Shown: in pieces, positions 1 to 9,251 of the stretch
Position numbering within the stretch: the stretch's first letter is position 1
Layout of the letters: each line of letters starts with the position of its first letter
Origin: an uncultured Verrucomicrobiae bacterium
GTDB taxonomy: Bacteria > Verrucomicrobiota > Verrucomicrobiia > Chthoniobacterales > JAFAMB01
Direction: 5' to 3'
Assembly: GCA_963762565.1 (NCBI GenBank)
Contig: CAVXLD010000014.1
Location: 32,001-96,000 of the forward strand
DNA: 64,000 bases
Program-made: the position numbers and the translations under genes
Notes under the pieces: model-generated
Database searches by the model: none
Seen by the model: only the letters and a program-made list of their open reading frames with translations
What the model was told of the DNA's origin: nothing

Positions 1-2
1 AG

Positions 3-1022
3 TCTGGACGCTCACTGGCCTTTGCTTTGCGCGGGTTCCTCCAAGAAGCGGGGCCTGACCGGATTGCGGGTGTGATCCTCAACGGCGTCAGTGGAAGCAG
101 CCACACTGATTATTTGCGAGAGGCAATCGCACCACTTGCGGTGCCGGTGCTCGGCTCATTGCCTTTCTGTCCCGAACTGGCATGGCCGGAGCGCCATCTC
201 GGGTTACAAGCTAGCCAGGAGCGTCAACTGCCTTCATGGCAAACATTAGCTTCGCTAGGGGAACAACATTTCGATATTCGCGCCATTCTAGAACTTGCTC
301 ACAGAACCGAGACCGCGCCGCTACCGTGGAGCGGGCCTCGCTTGCGAGGCCGACCCGGTCGGGACCCGGGAGAAAGCGAGGCGCGCTCCACAGGAGTGAA
401 ACAGCGAATCGGCGTCGCTATGGATGAGGCTTTCCATTTCTATTACCAGGCGAACCTCGATTACCTGGCTAATACTGGCGCGGAGGTGGTTAAATTCTCG
501 CCCCTGCACGATTCTGCGTTACCGGCCGATCTAGACGCAATTTTCATCGGCGGCGGCTTCCCGGAGATCTTCGCGCCTCAGCTGGCTGAAAACAGTTCGA
601 TGCGTACCGAGCTGCGGTCGGCGATTCAGCAGGGCCTCAACTGTTACGCGGAGTGCGGAGGCCTAATGCTGTTAGCGGAAGAACTGATGACGCTCGATCA
701 GAAAGTGTATCCGATGGCCGGCGTCATTCCCGGGGCGATCCAGATGACAAAATCGTTGAAGCATTTTGGCTATTGTATTTGCTCGGAATCGAAAGCGGGT
801 TCCGATCATCTCTTTCGTGGGCATGAGTTCCACCACTCGCTTTGGCTAGGCGAACTGGAGCACGCGAACCTGTGGAATGTCCGGCGCAAACGGACTGGTG
901 CTTTTAGGAGGGAAGGATTCTTGATCCCGAACCTTCATGCTTCTTACGTGCACCTGCACTTTCGAAGCAGCAGCGCCGTTCTCGCGCCATTCCTGAAACA
1001 GGAAAGGAGTGAGGTTCTATGA
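3..1022 (+). CDS. cobB: Cobyrinate a,c-diamide synthase (CobB/CbiA), 5'-truncated by window edge
   Basis: Frame is open from the window edge; motifs [39 protein letters not shown] of the CobB glutaminase domain. Confidence 0.93.
   Translation, partial: SGRSLAFALRGFLQEAGPDRIAGVILNGVSGSSHTDYLREAIAPLAVPVLGSLPFCPELAWPERHLGLQASQERQLPSWQTLASLGEQHFDIRAILELAHRTETAPLPWSGPRLRGRPGRDPGESEARSTGVKQRIGVAMDEAFHFYYQANLDYLANTGAEVVKFSPLHDSALPADLDAIFIGGGFPEIFAPQLAENSSMRTELRSAIQQGLNCYAECGGLMLLAEELMTLDQKVYPMAGVIPGAIQMTKSLKHFGYCICSESKAGSDHLFRGHEFHHSLWLGELEHANLWNVRRKRTGAFRREGFLIPNLHASYVHLHFRSSSAVLAPFLKQERSEVL
323..391. repeat. Palindromic element (family G) inserted in frame in the cobB linker
   Basis: gtggagcgggcctcgctt...aagcgaggcgcgctccac inverted repeat; its left part matches the reverse complement of 11492-11524. 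Confidence 0.8.
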
Positions 1023-1741
1023 TCTTCTGTGTTGGAGTGGGTCCAGGTGACCTCGGTTTCCTGACCCGACGAGGTCAAGAGTTAATCGAAGAGGCTCAGG
1101 TGATAGCAGGATTCACTGCGGTTGTAGATCTGGTTCGGTCTTTGGTCAAACCGGACGCCCGAATCATCACGATGGGTTACAAAGACCAGGTGGAACGTCT
1201 AAAGGAAGTTGCCGGCCTGCACCGTGCTGGATCGAAGTGTGTGGTTGTTTTCATGGGTGATCCGCATTTCTCCGGGTTCCAATTTCTCGAACGCGTAGAA
1301 AAGGCTTGTGAGCATCAAGTTGAGACGATCCCTGGGATCAGTTCGGCGCAGATTCTAGCATCTCGCTGCCGGGTCTGTTTTGATGAAACCACCTTTATCA
1401 CGTTTCACCGGCGCGGGGATATCGTTTCATTTCAAAAGCATTTGGTCCATGTCCTAGAAGACAATCGGAACGCCATTGTGATTCCGCGTCCGTGGGATTT
1501 CATGCCGGCGGCGGTGGCTGCCTACCTAACGGAGCATGGCATTGCTCCAGATCATCCAACGGAAGTGTGGGAGCATCTCACCCAATCGGAAGCGGCCTGG
1601 AAAGGCCGCCTGGGTGAATGCAGGTCTGAATTTAGCGACATGAGCATCATGCTTATTCGCGCGTTGAATGGCGATGCGGCGATTGGGCGAGGGAGTGAAA
1701 CGGCGAAAGGTCAATCCTCTAATCCCGGAGGGATGAAATGA
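1019..1741 (+). CDS. cbiE: Cobalt-precorrin-7 C5-methyltransferase
   Basis: Tetrapyrrole methylase motifs [23 protein letters not shown]; lies in cob operon. Confidence 0.8.
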   Translation: MIFCVGVGPGDLGFLTRRGQELIEEAQVIAGFTAVVDLVRSLVKPDARIITMGYKDQVERLKEVAGLHRAGSKCVVVFMGDPHFSGFQFLERVEKACEHQVETIPGISSAQILASRCRVCFDETTFITFHRRGDIVSFQKHLVHVLEDNRNAIVIPRPWDFMPAAVAAYLTEHGIAPDHPTEVWEHLTQSEAAWKGRLGECRSEFSDMSIMLIRALNGDAAIGRGSETAKGQSSNPGGMK

Positions 1742-1772
1742 TGGTAGCGACTATGAGTCCGTGGACGAGCAT

Positions 1773-1853
1773 CACTCCAACACTCCGACACTCCATCACT
1801 GCGCTCGACCGGATTCGAGGACGACGACGAGGACGAGGACGAGAACGAAGGAA
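1773..1853. repeat. (cactccaa)-like octamers followed by a (gaggac)n tract
   Basis: cactccaacactccgacactccatcact...ttcgaggacgacgacgaggacgaggacgagaacgaagga; same composite at 10750-10830. Confidence 0.75.
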
Positions 1854-1865
1854 TCCCCCCACCCC

Positions 1866-3476
1866 ATGACGACCGACTACGCGATTGTTATCGCCGGGCA
1901 CGGCAGCAGAGATCCCGAAGCGGTTTCGGAGTTTGAACAGCTTGTCGAGCTGGCCCGGCAACGGGCAGGTGGACGTCATGTTCAACATGGGTTCTTAGAG
2001 TTCGCTCGCCCGACCATTGATGAGGCAGCGCGGGCGCTGATAACAGCCGGCGACCAACGTATTGCTATCGTTCCCCTCATCTTGTTAGCCGCTACTCACG
2101 CAAAGAACGATCTGCCTAGTGAAGTGCTTGCTCTGCAACAAGAGTTTCCGGCAACTCAACTTCACTATGGATCCGCGCTGCATCTCCATCCTGGCATCCT
2201 ACGCCTGTTCCGTCAGAGAATTGTCGAAGCGGAGGCGCGAAGTCCGCAGAAAATTAGGCGATCTGAGAGTTGCCTGGTAGTGGCTGGTCGCGGAACTAGT
2301 GATCCGGACGCTAACTCCGACGTTTCCAAATTAGCCAGAATGCTACAGGAAGGGATGGGGTTCGGTGGTTCTTATGTCTGTTATTCAGGCATGGCGAAAC
2401 CTCTGGTGGCTGACGGTCTTCAACAAGCGGTGCGCCTGGGATTCGGAAGAATCGTAGTTGCTCCATTCTTTCTTTTCACCGGCGTTCTAGTGAAACGGAT
2501 TTATGACGTCACCGACGCCGTGGCTGTCGATCATCCAAAAACTGAATTTCTGAAAGCTGACTACCTGGGCATACATCCGTTATTAGCGGACGCTTTCCTG
2601 GAGCGCGCTGAGGAAGCCATCGTTGGGAGAGCAGCCATGAATTGCAGCTTGTGCAAGTATCGGGTGCAGATCATCGGCTACGAAAAAGAGTTAGGCGCAC
2701 CTCAAAAACCGCATCATCTGCATTCCAGAGGCGGGACCAGTAGAATCAACGGCTTGGCCGATACGATAGTGGATCAAACACTTCCGCTTTCCATTCCTCT
2801 CAAGCCGGACGGGTTAAACGAAGGGTACCTTCAACACCCGATCGAGGAAGAAAGCTTCCGCATTATCGAGGAATTACGCGACTGGAAGTCAGTACCGGAA
2901 TCTGAAAAGTCGGTACTCCAGCGCCTGATTCATACTAGTGGTGACCCGGATATCGTTGACGACATCTTCATTTCACCAGGCGCGATAGAAGCAGGTATTA
3001 CAGCGTTAGCCCGGCGAGTGCCGATCGTTACCGACGTGACCATGGTGCAGAGCGGGTTGCGACGCCTGCTCTTACAGCAGCTTGGGCTAACAACCTTGTG
3101 CACCGTTCATGACGAAGAGACCAGGCTAATCGCGGAATCGGAGAACATCACCCGTTCGGCCGCTGGTATCAGACGGGCATGGAATCGGTTTGGCAACAAT
3201 CTTTTGGTCGCCATTGGGGACGCCCCGACTGCCGTCGAAGAAACGCTTAGGCTTGTGGTCGAACAGAACTGGCGTCCGCATCTGGTGATTGGGGTACCCG
3301 TTGGGTTCGTTGGAACCCGGGAGTGTAAAGAGAGGCTTCGCACCTGCTTGCGAGTGCCGCGAATTACGAATCGAGGCACACGGGGTGGCTCACCCTGGGC
3401 AGCGGCAATCGTCAACGCGATGCTGATACAAGTCGCCAGGGTAAAGAGCGGAAACGCCCGCAACACTGAGGAATGA
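1866..3476 (+). CDS. cbiX: Fused sirohydrochlorin cobaltochelatase CbiX / precorrin-8X methylmutase CbiC (CobH)
   Basis: GHGSRD, HAKND, GRGTSD, MNCSLCKYR plus His patch (CbiX), then HPIEEESF, RLIH, IGDAPTA, VPVGFVG, RGGS (CbiC). Start moved to the ATG at 1866 because the upstream in-frame part is repeat-derived. Confidence 0.88.
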   Translation: MTTDYAIVIAGHGSRDPEAVSEFEQLVELARQRAGGRHVQHGFLEFARPTIDEAARALITAGDQRIAIVPLILLAATHAKNDLPSEVLALQQEFPATQLHYGSALHLHPGILRLFRQRIVEAEARSPQKIRRSESCLVVAGRGTSDPDANSDVSKLARMLQEGMGFGGSYVCYSGMAKPLVADGLQQAVRLGFGRIVVAPFFLFTGVLVKRIYDVTDAVAVDHPKTEFLKADYLGIHPLLADAFLERAEEAIVGRAAMNCSLCKYRVQIIGYEKELGAPQKPHHLHSRGGTSRINGLADTIVDQTLPLSIPLKPDGLNEGYLQHPIEEESFRIIEELRDWKSVPESEKSVLQRLIHTSGDPDIVDDIFISPGAIEAGITALARRVPIVTDVTMVQSGLRRLLLQQLGLTTLCTVHDEETRLIAESENITRSAAGIRRAWNRFGNNLLVAIGDAPTAVEETLRLVVEQNWRPHLVIGVPVGFVGTRECKERLRTCLRVPRITNRGTRGGSPWAAAIVNAMLIQVARVKSGNARNTEE

Positions 3477-4618
3477 ACCGGCCGCTAGAGCGATTTGACC
3501 TAGGTGTACTAACAGAGGCTGGACTGCGGCGCGGCTATACTACAGGTTCTTGCGCTACGGCAGCAGTCAAGGCGGCTCTGCTGGCACTGCTTTGTAACGA
3601 GTGTCCGGAGGAAGTGAATGTCAGTCTACCGGATGGTTTGCGCTTCCTCACGCTACCAATCAATCAGGTTAGGCGTGAACCCGACTCGGCTTATGCGGAA
3701 GTGATCAAAGATGCCGGCGACGATCCGGATCAGACCCATCGAGCCCGGATCTTTGCCCGTGTCCGGCGAAACAACCGGGGTAGCATCGTCTTTCAGGGGG
3801 GTGAGGGTGTCGGACTCGTTACTCAACCCGGACTGCAAGTGGCAATTGGTGAGCCCGCGATTAACCCGGTTCCTCGGCGAATGATGATCAATGCGGTTCA
3901 GGAAGTACTGAGTGAAAGCGATCGGGTAGCCGTTGCCGGGTTTAATCTGGAGATTGGCTGTCATAACGGCGAACAGATTGCCAAACGCACATTTAACCCA
4001 CGTCTCGGGATCATCGGCGGGATATCGATTCTGGGAACGACTGGCATCGTTGAACCAAAATCGATGGCGGCTTTTCAGGCATCTATTCAAGTCTATATCC
4101 GCGTTGCGGTGGGAGACTCGCCCGATGCGATCGTCTTAGCGCCTGGCAATCTTGGCCAGCGTTTCGCCCGAAGCTCGCTTGGAATCCCGACCAAACGCGT
4201 CGTTCAGATGTCGAACTTCATCGGACTTGCGCTCGAATATCTGCAGCAAACGCTGGAGGAAAACCGGCAAAAGCTCCCTTTGTTGTGGCTGGTTGGTCAC
4301 CCCGGAAAACTCGCTAAAATTCTGGCTGGCGATTGGGACACTCATTCGGGCCGGAGCCTTAGCGCGGTGCACTCGGTCACAGGGTTAGCCCACGAATTCG
4401 GAGTAGCGCCGCCGGCGTTGCAGGTGCTTAGCCAGTGCCGAAGCATCGAGGAAGCAATTGAAATGCTGCCAGCTAGTACGCTTCCTCCCGCCTTCTGGAA
4501 CTTAGTCGAACATCGAGTTGCGGGAGTAGTGGCCGAGCGGGTACCGAGCGTCGAGCGCGTTGAGGTCAGGTTGTTTCGCATGGATGGGGGAGCGCTGGGA
4601 GTAGCGAATAGCAAATAG
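3473..4618 (+). CDS. cbiD: Cobalt-precorrin-5B C1-methyltransferase
   Basis: LRRGYTTGSCATAA, KDAGDDPD, AINPVPR, GGISILGTTGIV, GHPGKL. Confidence 0.95.
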   Translation: MNRPLERFDLGVLTEAGLRRGYTTGSCATAAVKAALLALLCNECPEEVNVSLPDGLRFLTLPINQVRREPDSAYAEVIKDAGDDPDQTHRARIFARVRRNNRGSIVFQGGEGVGLVTQPGLQVAIGEPAINPVPRRMMINAVQEVLSESDRVAVAGFNLEIGCHNGEQIAKRTFNPRLGIIGGISILGTTGIVEPKSMAAFQASIQVYIRVAVGDSPDAIVLAPGNLGQRFARSSLGIPTKRVVQMSNFIGLALEYLQQTLEENRQKLPLLWLVGHPGKLAKILAGDWDTHSGRSLSAVHSVTGLAHEFGVAPPALQVLSQCRSIEEAIEMLPASTLPPAFWNLVEHRVAGVVAERVPSVERVEVRLFRMDGGALGVANSK

Positions 4619-4750
4619 CAGATAGCAGATAGCAAATACCCCGATGGCGAGCGGCAGAAAACTAACCATGAAATGGTTTAAGAGAATAGCCCAGGGCTTT
4701 AGCCCTGGGGAGGCGGCATCAATTGATCGCCCTGCAAGGGCGGCCGAAAT
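4602..4750. repeat. (tagcara)x5 heptamer tract containing the cbiD stop, followed by REP-like hairpins
   Basis: tagcgaa tagcaaa tagcaga tagcaga tagcaaa; then cccagggctttagccctggg and cgccctgcaagggcg. Confidence 0.75.
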
Positions 4751-4825
4751 GGGTGCGGTTATTCTCGAGGCCGGCCGATTACGGTTTAGGTCGACTGGGT
4801 GCGATTGGTCGACAACTAGAAATTT

Positions 4826-5656
4826 ATGAGTCAAGAATTCATTACTAACCTAACCGCTTCGGTGTCTGGCTGCTTCTGCGGAATTGGTGTCGGACCTGGA
4901 ATGCCGGGCCTGATACCGGTAGTAGCCTGGCAGTGTGTTCAAGAAGCTGATATTATATTTTTGCCCCGAGCTAAATCGGCCGAACGATCAGCTGCACGCA
5001 GCTGTCTGCCACCAAATCAAATTCCGGAAGATCGGTTCCGAGAGATCGAATTTGCCATGGAATCTGATCGCACTTCTTTAGGGGCCAACTATTCGCGACT
5101 GGCGGACGAGATTGCCCAGGAAGTGCGTGCTGGCAAGCAGATTGCCTATCTTACAATTGGCGATCCGTTGACCTATTCGACTTACATTTACGTTCTTCGG
5201 GCTCTCCAAGAACGTTTCCCGGGAATTCGCTGCCGGACCTATCCCGGCGTAACCAGTTATTCCGCGTTAGCCGCCGCCGCCGGCTTTCCCGTGGGAGAAG
5301 GTAAAGAGCGAATACTGATCTCACCGTGTCCGGACGCCAGGCAGGAGTTACGTCGCCTCATCGAGGCGCACGATATCGTAGTCTTAATTAAGATCGGCGA
5401 ACGCTTGCCAATGGTGCTGCGGCTTATAACCGAGATGGAAATCGGTGATCACTGTGTTTTCGGGGCACACGTTGGTATGGAGAATCAGACTCTCAGCGTC
5501 GGCCTCTCGGACATGAATGGAACTGACGCTAGCGGCTATTTATCCACCATGTTGATTCGAAGAAAACCGGTCGAGTCTCGTCAACCCAATGCCGTTAGTG
5601 CGGAAAAGCGGGATCCTGTGGCCAATCGGGGATTACTTAGAAAAGCGTCGGCATGA
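4826..5656 (+). CDS. cbiL: Precorrin-2 C20-methyltransferase (CobI/CbiL)
   Basis: GIGVGPG, YLTIGDPLTYSTY, PGVTSY, VVLIKIG. Confidence 0.88.
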   Translation: MSQEFITNLTASVSGCFCGIGVGPGMPGLIPVVAWQCVQEADIIFLPRAKSAERSAARSCLPPNQIPEDRFREIEFAMESDRTSLGANYSRLADEIAQEVRAGKQIAYLTIGDPLTYSTYIYVLRALQERFPGIRCRTYPGVTSYSALAAAAGFPVGEGKERILISPCPDARQELRRLIEAHDIVVLIKIGERLPMVLRLITEMEIGDHCVFGAHVGMENQTLSVGLSDMNGTDASGYLSTMLIRRKPVESRQPNAVSAEKRDPVANRGLLRKASA

Positions 5657-6426
5657 AAGTCTATTTCATTGGAGCAGGCCCAGGAGCAGCCGACCTCATT
5701 ACCATGCGAGGAGCAGACATTCTCTCTCGCGCCCAGTTAGTGATGTATGCGGGTTCTTTGGTCAGCGACGCGATCTTAAGCCATTGCCGGGCAAATCCGC
5801 TGATTGTGAACACCGCCAAACTCAACCTGGACGAACAAGTAGGATACTACCTTCAGGCGAAAGACAAAGATTGGGATGTCGCCCGGCTACACTCAGGGGA
5901 TCCGTCGATCTATGGGGCAACGGCAGAACAAATGCGGCGCTTGCGTGAACTTCAGATAGCGTATGAAATTGTTCCCGGTGTTCCGTCCTTCGTCTCCGCG
6001 GCTGCGGTGCTCGATGCCGAGTTAACCAGACCCAACGTTTCCCAGACTATTATCCTGACACGCACCTCCGGGCGTGCGTCTCCGGTTCCGGCAAAAGAAA
6101 ACCTTCAATCCCTGGCTGCGCACCAGGCGACCCTCTGTATTTTCCTTTCCGGTGCTAACCTGACCGAGGTCGTCGAAGAGCTGTTACTCCATTATCCTCG
6201 CCCGACACCAGTCGCGCTTGTCCAGCGGGCGAGTTGGCCTGAGCAACGAGTCTATCGGGGACAGTTAGGCGGATTGCTAGACGAGATCGAACCAAGTTCA
6301 TGGGTGCTAACCACGATGTTGTTAGTGGGTCAAGCGCTGGATGAAAACATCGTATCGGAATCCCGGTTGTACGCGGCCGATTACTCGCATCGATTCCGGC
6401 GAGCCATGCAGAAAGATCCGGAATGA
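5653..6426 (+). CDS. cobM: Precorrin-4 C11-methyltransferase (CobM/CbiF)
   Basis: VYFIGAGPGAADLIT, YAGSLV, ARLHSGDPSIYGA, SQTIILTR, SRLY. Confidence 0.95.
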   Translation: MKVYFIGAGPGAADLITMRGADILSRAQLVMYAGSLVSDAILSHCRANPLIVNTAKLNLDEQVGYYLQAKDKDWDVARLHSGDPSIYGATAEQMRRLRELQIAYEIVPGVPSFVSAAAVLDAELTRPNVSQTIILTRTSGRASPVPAKENLQSLAAHQATLCIFLSGANLTEVVEELLLHYPRPTPVALVQRASWPEQRVYRGQLGGLLDEIEPSSWVLTTMLLVGQALDENIVSESRLYAADYSHRFRRAMQKDPE

Positions 6427-7265
6427 AAGTCCGAAGAAATATCTCACGCAAAGCCGCAAAGGCGCAAAGAAAGGAAGGAGAAGTGAGGCGTAGCCGCGCG
6501 ATTGGCGTGTGGATGGTGCGACCGCAAAGCGTGGCTACCGGCCGTTATGTGGCCGTTGGACTCGGGGGTAAGTTTTATGCTTCCTATGAGATTTCAGGTC
6601 TCACGAATCGACAGGCCTTTTCTGACCGATTTCGTAAACACCAGCAATGGGTTCTAGTCATGACCACCGGGATAGCGGTGCGTTATCTCCAAGGCTTGCT
6701 CACAGATAAGGAAACGGATCCGGGAGTAGTGGTCCTAGACGAAGGATGTCATTTCGCGGTTTCTCTCATTGGAGGGCACGAGGGCGGAGCGAATCAACTC
6801 GCTTATCGGGTAGCGAATTTGGTGGGTGCTGTCCCGGTGATAACGACGGCTACGGAAACGTTGAAACCACTCGTGATCGGCGTTGGCTGTCGTCGTGGAG
6901 TTAGCAGCGAACAGATCGATGCCGCGATTGAACATGGGTTGACTCTTATCGGACGCTCTCGTGCCGAGGTCCGGGAAATTGCCTCCATCGACCTCAAACA
7001 GGATGAGCTGGGTCTCAACGCGTGGTGTCAGCGGAACGGGATCGTTCTGCGAGTGATTGCACGCGATCTCGTACAACAGCGGCCCTGGGTAACGCAGCCG
7101 TCCGATTGGGTCCGAAAGAGCATTGGCGTTGATGGTGTCTGTGAAGCCTGCGCCTTGCTGGCTACGTTTCGCGGTCGACTGCTGCTTCCGAAAACGATTC
7201 TAGGCGGTGTTACCGTAGCGATCGTGGAAGAGGTCGCCTTTGCCAGAGAAGTCACGATAAAATGA
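6423..7265 (+). CDS. cbiG: Cobalt-precorrin-5A hydrolase CbiG (alternative GTG start at 6483)
   Basis: GIAVR, DKETDPGVVVLDE, SLIGGHEGGAN, VITTATE, GVGCRRG, GVCEACAL; the first 20 codons include a repeat arm. Confidence 0.9.
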   Translation: MKVRRNISRKAAKAQRKEGEVRRSRAIGVWMVRPQSVATGRYVAVGLGGKFYASYEISGLTNRQAFSDRFRKHQQWVLVMTTGIAVRYLQGLLTDKETDPGVVVLDEGCHFAVSLIGGHEGGANQLAYRVANLVGAVPVITTATETLKPLVIGVGCRRGVSSEQIDAAIEHGLTLIGRSRAEVREIASIDLKQDELGLNAWCQRNGIVLRVIARDLVQQRPWVTQPSDWVRKSIGVDGVCEACALLATFRGRLLLPKTILGGVTVAIVEEVAFAREVTIK

Positions 7266-7309
7266 ACGGAACGAAGCTTGCAAACACGCCAGGTGGGAAA
7301 CTGGACCAG

Positions 7310-7530
7310 GACCTGGAGGGGAGCCGCTTTGTAACTAGGCAACTCTGTAGGTTGGCAGCAAGCGGCTCCCGGGAACGTCTCGTGATTGAGCAGTTCTATG
7401 GACCGCGCGTTGTATCTGTCATTTTCGAAACAGGGCCGTTGGGTAAGAGCATTGCGCTGGGCTGTTCGCGGGAGCCGCCTGCTGCCATACGATATAACTG
7501 CTGCACTACAAAGCGGCTCCCCTCCAGGTC
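7310..7530. mobile_element. MITE/REPIN-like element, family A (~210-220 bp)
   Basis: Terminal IR gacctggaggggagccgctttgta / tacaaagcggctcccctccaggtc; inner gcggctcccg / cgggagccgc; copies at 23861 and 54799. Confidence 0.8.
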
Positions 7531-7565
7531 GTGGGCGATGGGATGCCGGGTTCCTTATGAGGACG

Positions 7566-7597
7566 GCCTGCCGCGCCGTAGGCTTGGCGAAGGCGGG
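7566..7597. repeat. ~31-bp dispersed element, family C
   Basis: gcctgccgcgccgtaggcttggcgaaggcgg; near-identical copies at 11430, 22117 and 41680, a more diverged one at 39504. Confidence 0.8.
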
Positions 7598-7622
7598 AGA
7601 ACGAAGTCCTCAACGCGCTAAC

Positions 7623-9251
7623 ATGACGAGCAAAGGTAAACTCAATCTGGTTTCCGTCGGGCCTGGCTTTATTAACCTCGTTCCGCCTTTGGCTGAGTTT
7701 GCTCTCCGGGAAAGTGAAGTCGTGGTCGGATACAAGCTCTACTTCACCTGGATACAACCATTGCTCGAAGGCAAAGAGATCCATTCTTTTTCCCTGACCC
7801 AAGAGCGAGAGCGAGCTCAAAAGGCAATCGCTTGTGCTCGAGCCGGAAAGACGGTCAGCCTGGTCTCAAGCGGCGACATTGGTATTTACGGGATGGCTTC
7901 GCTCGTTCTAGAGGAAATGAGAGAAGAGGAAGAGTTTCAGCTTCAGATCATTCCTGGTGTTTCCGCGGCGAACAGTTCCGCCGCGCTGCTGGGTGCACCG
8001 CTGTCCCACGATTTCGCCACCTTATCGCTTTCAGATCTTTTATGCCCGTGGGAATGGATCGAGAATCGCGCCCGCCATCTGGCGAAGGCAGACCTGGTGA
8101 TAGCTCTTTACAATGTCCAGAGCCAATCCAGGCCCGACGGTATTTGCCGGATTCTGCGCATTTTAATGGAAGAGAAGAGCGCAAACACCTGGTGTGGCGT
8201 TGTACGAAACGCATTCCGTCCTGATCAAAATGTCTATCTCTGTTCGTTGGCAGAACTGCAGAAACGACAGTTCGACATGCTAACTACGATTATCGTCGGC
8301 AATCGGTTTACCCGTAGGAAAGGGCCATTCATCTATACGCCTCGAGGTTACCATGGATGGAACGCCGACAACGCCGGGAACGCCGACAACGGCGGAGCTG
8401 TAGTGCCAGCGACCGGCAACCGCCAACCGCTAACTGCTAACCGCCAACCCATCTGGGTATTCACCGGCACCAGCGACGGTAACGCATTGGCCGCCGAATT
8501 ATCGAGACGCGGGCATCATCTGATCGTTTCGACGGCCAGCGATTATGGCGGCGAACTGGCGTCAATTATCTTGCCGGGGGTTGAAGTTCGTTCCGGAAGG
8601 CAAGGAGTGGAGGAGCGACGAAGTCAACTCCAACACTCACGGGCGGCTGCCATTGTCGATGCCACTCATCCCTTTGCCACCGAGATTTCTAAGCAACTCA
8701 CTCGGTTATCGGCGGAACTGAACATCCCTTATATCCGGTACGAACGTCCGCCGGCAGTGCTACCGAGCTTCGCTCGTCAGGTCACGGATATGTCGACTGC
8801 TGCCCGGCTTGCTATCGAAATCGGTCAGCGCATTTTTTTGGCTACCGGAATCAAGGATATCGATACTTTTGTAAGAGCACCGGGCGCCGAATGTCGCGAG
8901 TGGTTTTTACGGATAACTCCAGACACCGGCTCTTTAGAGGTCGCACTTAAGCTGGGTGTTCCGCGATCGCAGATCTGTGCAATGCAGGGCCCGTTCTCTT
9001 CTGATCTCAATATCGCTCTTTGGTCTGCCTGGAAGATAGATTGTGTGGTCAGTAAGGAGTCAGGCGAAGCCGGCGGTTTCGATTCTAAGGCTGAAGCTGC
9101 GGATAAACTAAAGATCCCTCTAATCGTGGTGAGACGACCGCAACTCTCCTATCCAGTGGTGGCATCTGATTTCAATACTCTCGCCGACATGCTCGATCGG
9201 TCGTTATCCCGAAGAGGGGGTACTAATGAACTCACTGAATCTAATTTATGA
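7623..9251 (+). CDS. cobJ: Fused precorrin-3B C17-methyltransferase (CobJ/CbiH) / precorrin-6A reductase (CobK/CbiJ)
   Basis: VSSGDIGIYGMA, GAPLSHDF, LSLSDLLCPW, TPRGY (CobJ); GTSDG, VDATHPFA, YIRYERP, AMQGPFS, SKESG (CobK). Start set at ATG 7623. Confidence 0.92.
   Translation: MTSKGKLNLVSVGPGFINLVPPLAEFALRESEVVVGYKLYFTWIQPLLEGKEIHSFSLTQERERAQKAIACARAGKTVSLVSSGDIGIYGMASLVLEEMREEEEFQLQIIPGVSAANSSAALLGAPLSHDFATLSLSDLLCPWEWIENRARHLAKADLVIALYNVQSQSRPDGICRILRILMEEKSANTWCGVVRNAFRPDQNVYLCSLAELQKRQFDMLTTIIVGNRFTRRKGPFIYTPRGYHGWNADNAGNADNGGAVVPATGNRQPLTANRQPIWVFTGTSDGNALAAELSRRGHHLIVSTASDYGGELASIILPGVEVRSGRQGVEERRSQLQHSRAAAIVDATHPFATEISKQLTRLSAELNIPYIRYERPPAVLPSFARQVTDMSTAARLAIEIGQRIFLATGIKDIDTFVRAPGAECREWFLRITPDTGSLEVALKLGVPRSQICAMQGPFSSDLNIALWSAWKIDCVVSKESGEAGGFDSKAEAADKLKIPLIVVRRPQLSYPVVASDFNTLADMLDRSLSRRGGTNELTESNL

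Noticed and set aside
7262..7622. ORF 7262-7621 and the 79-aa N-terminal extension of cobJ
   Set aside because: Translations of family A and C elements; methylase homology starts at 7623
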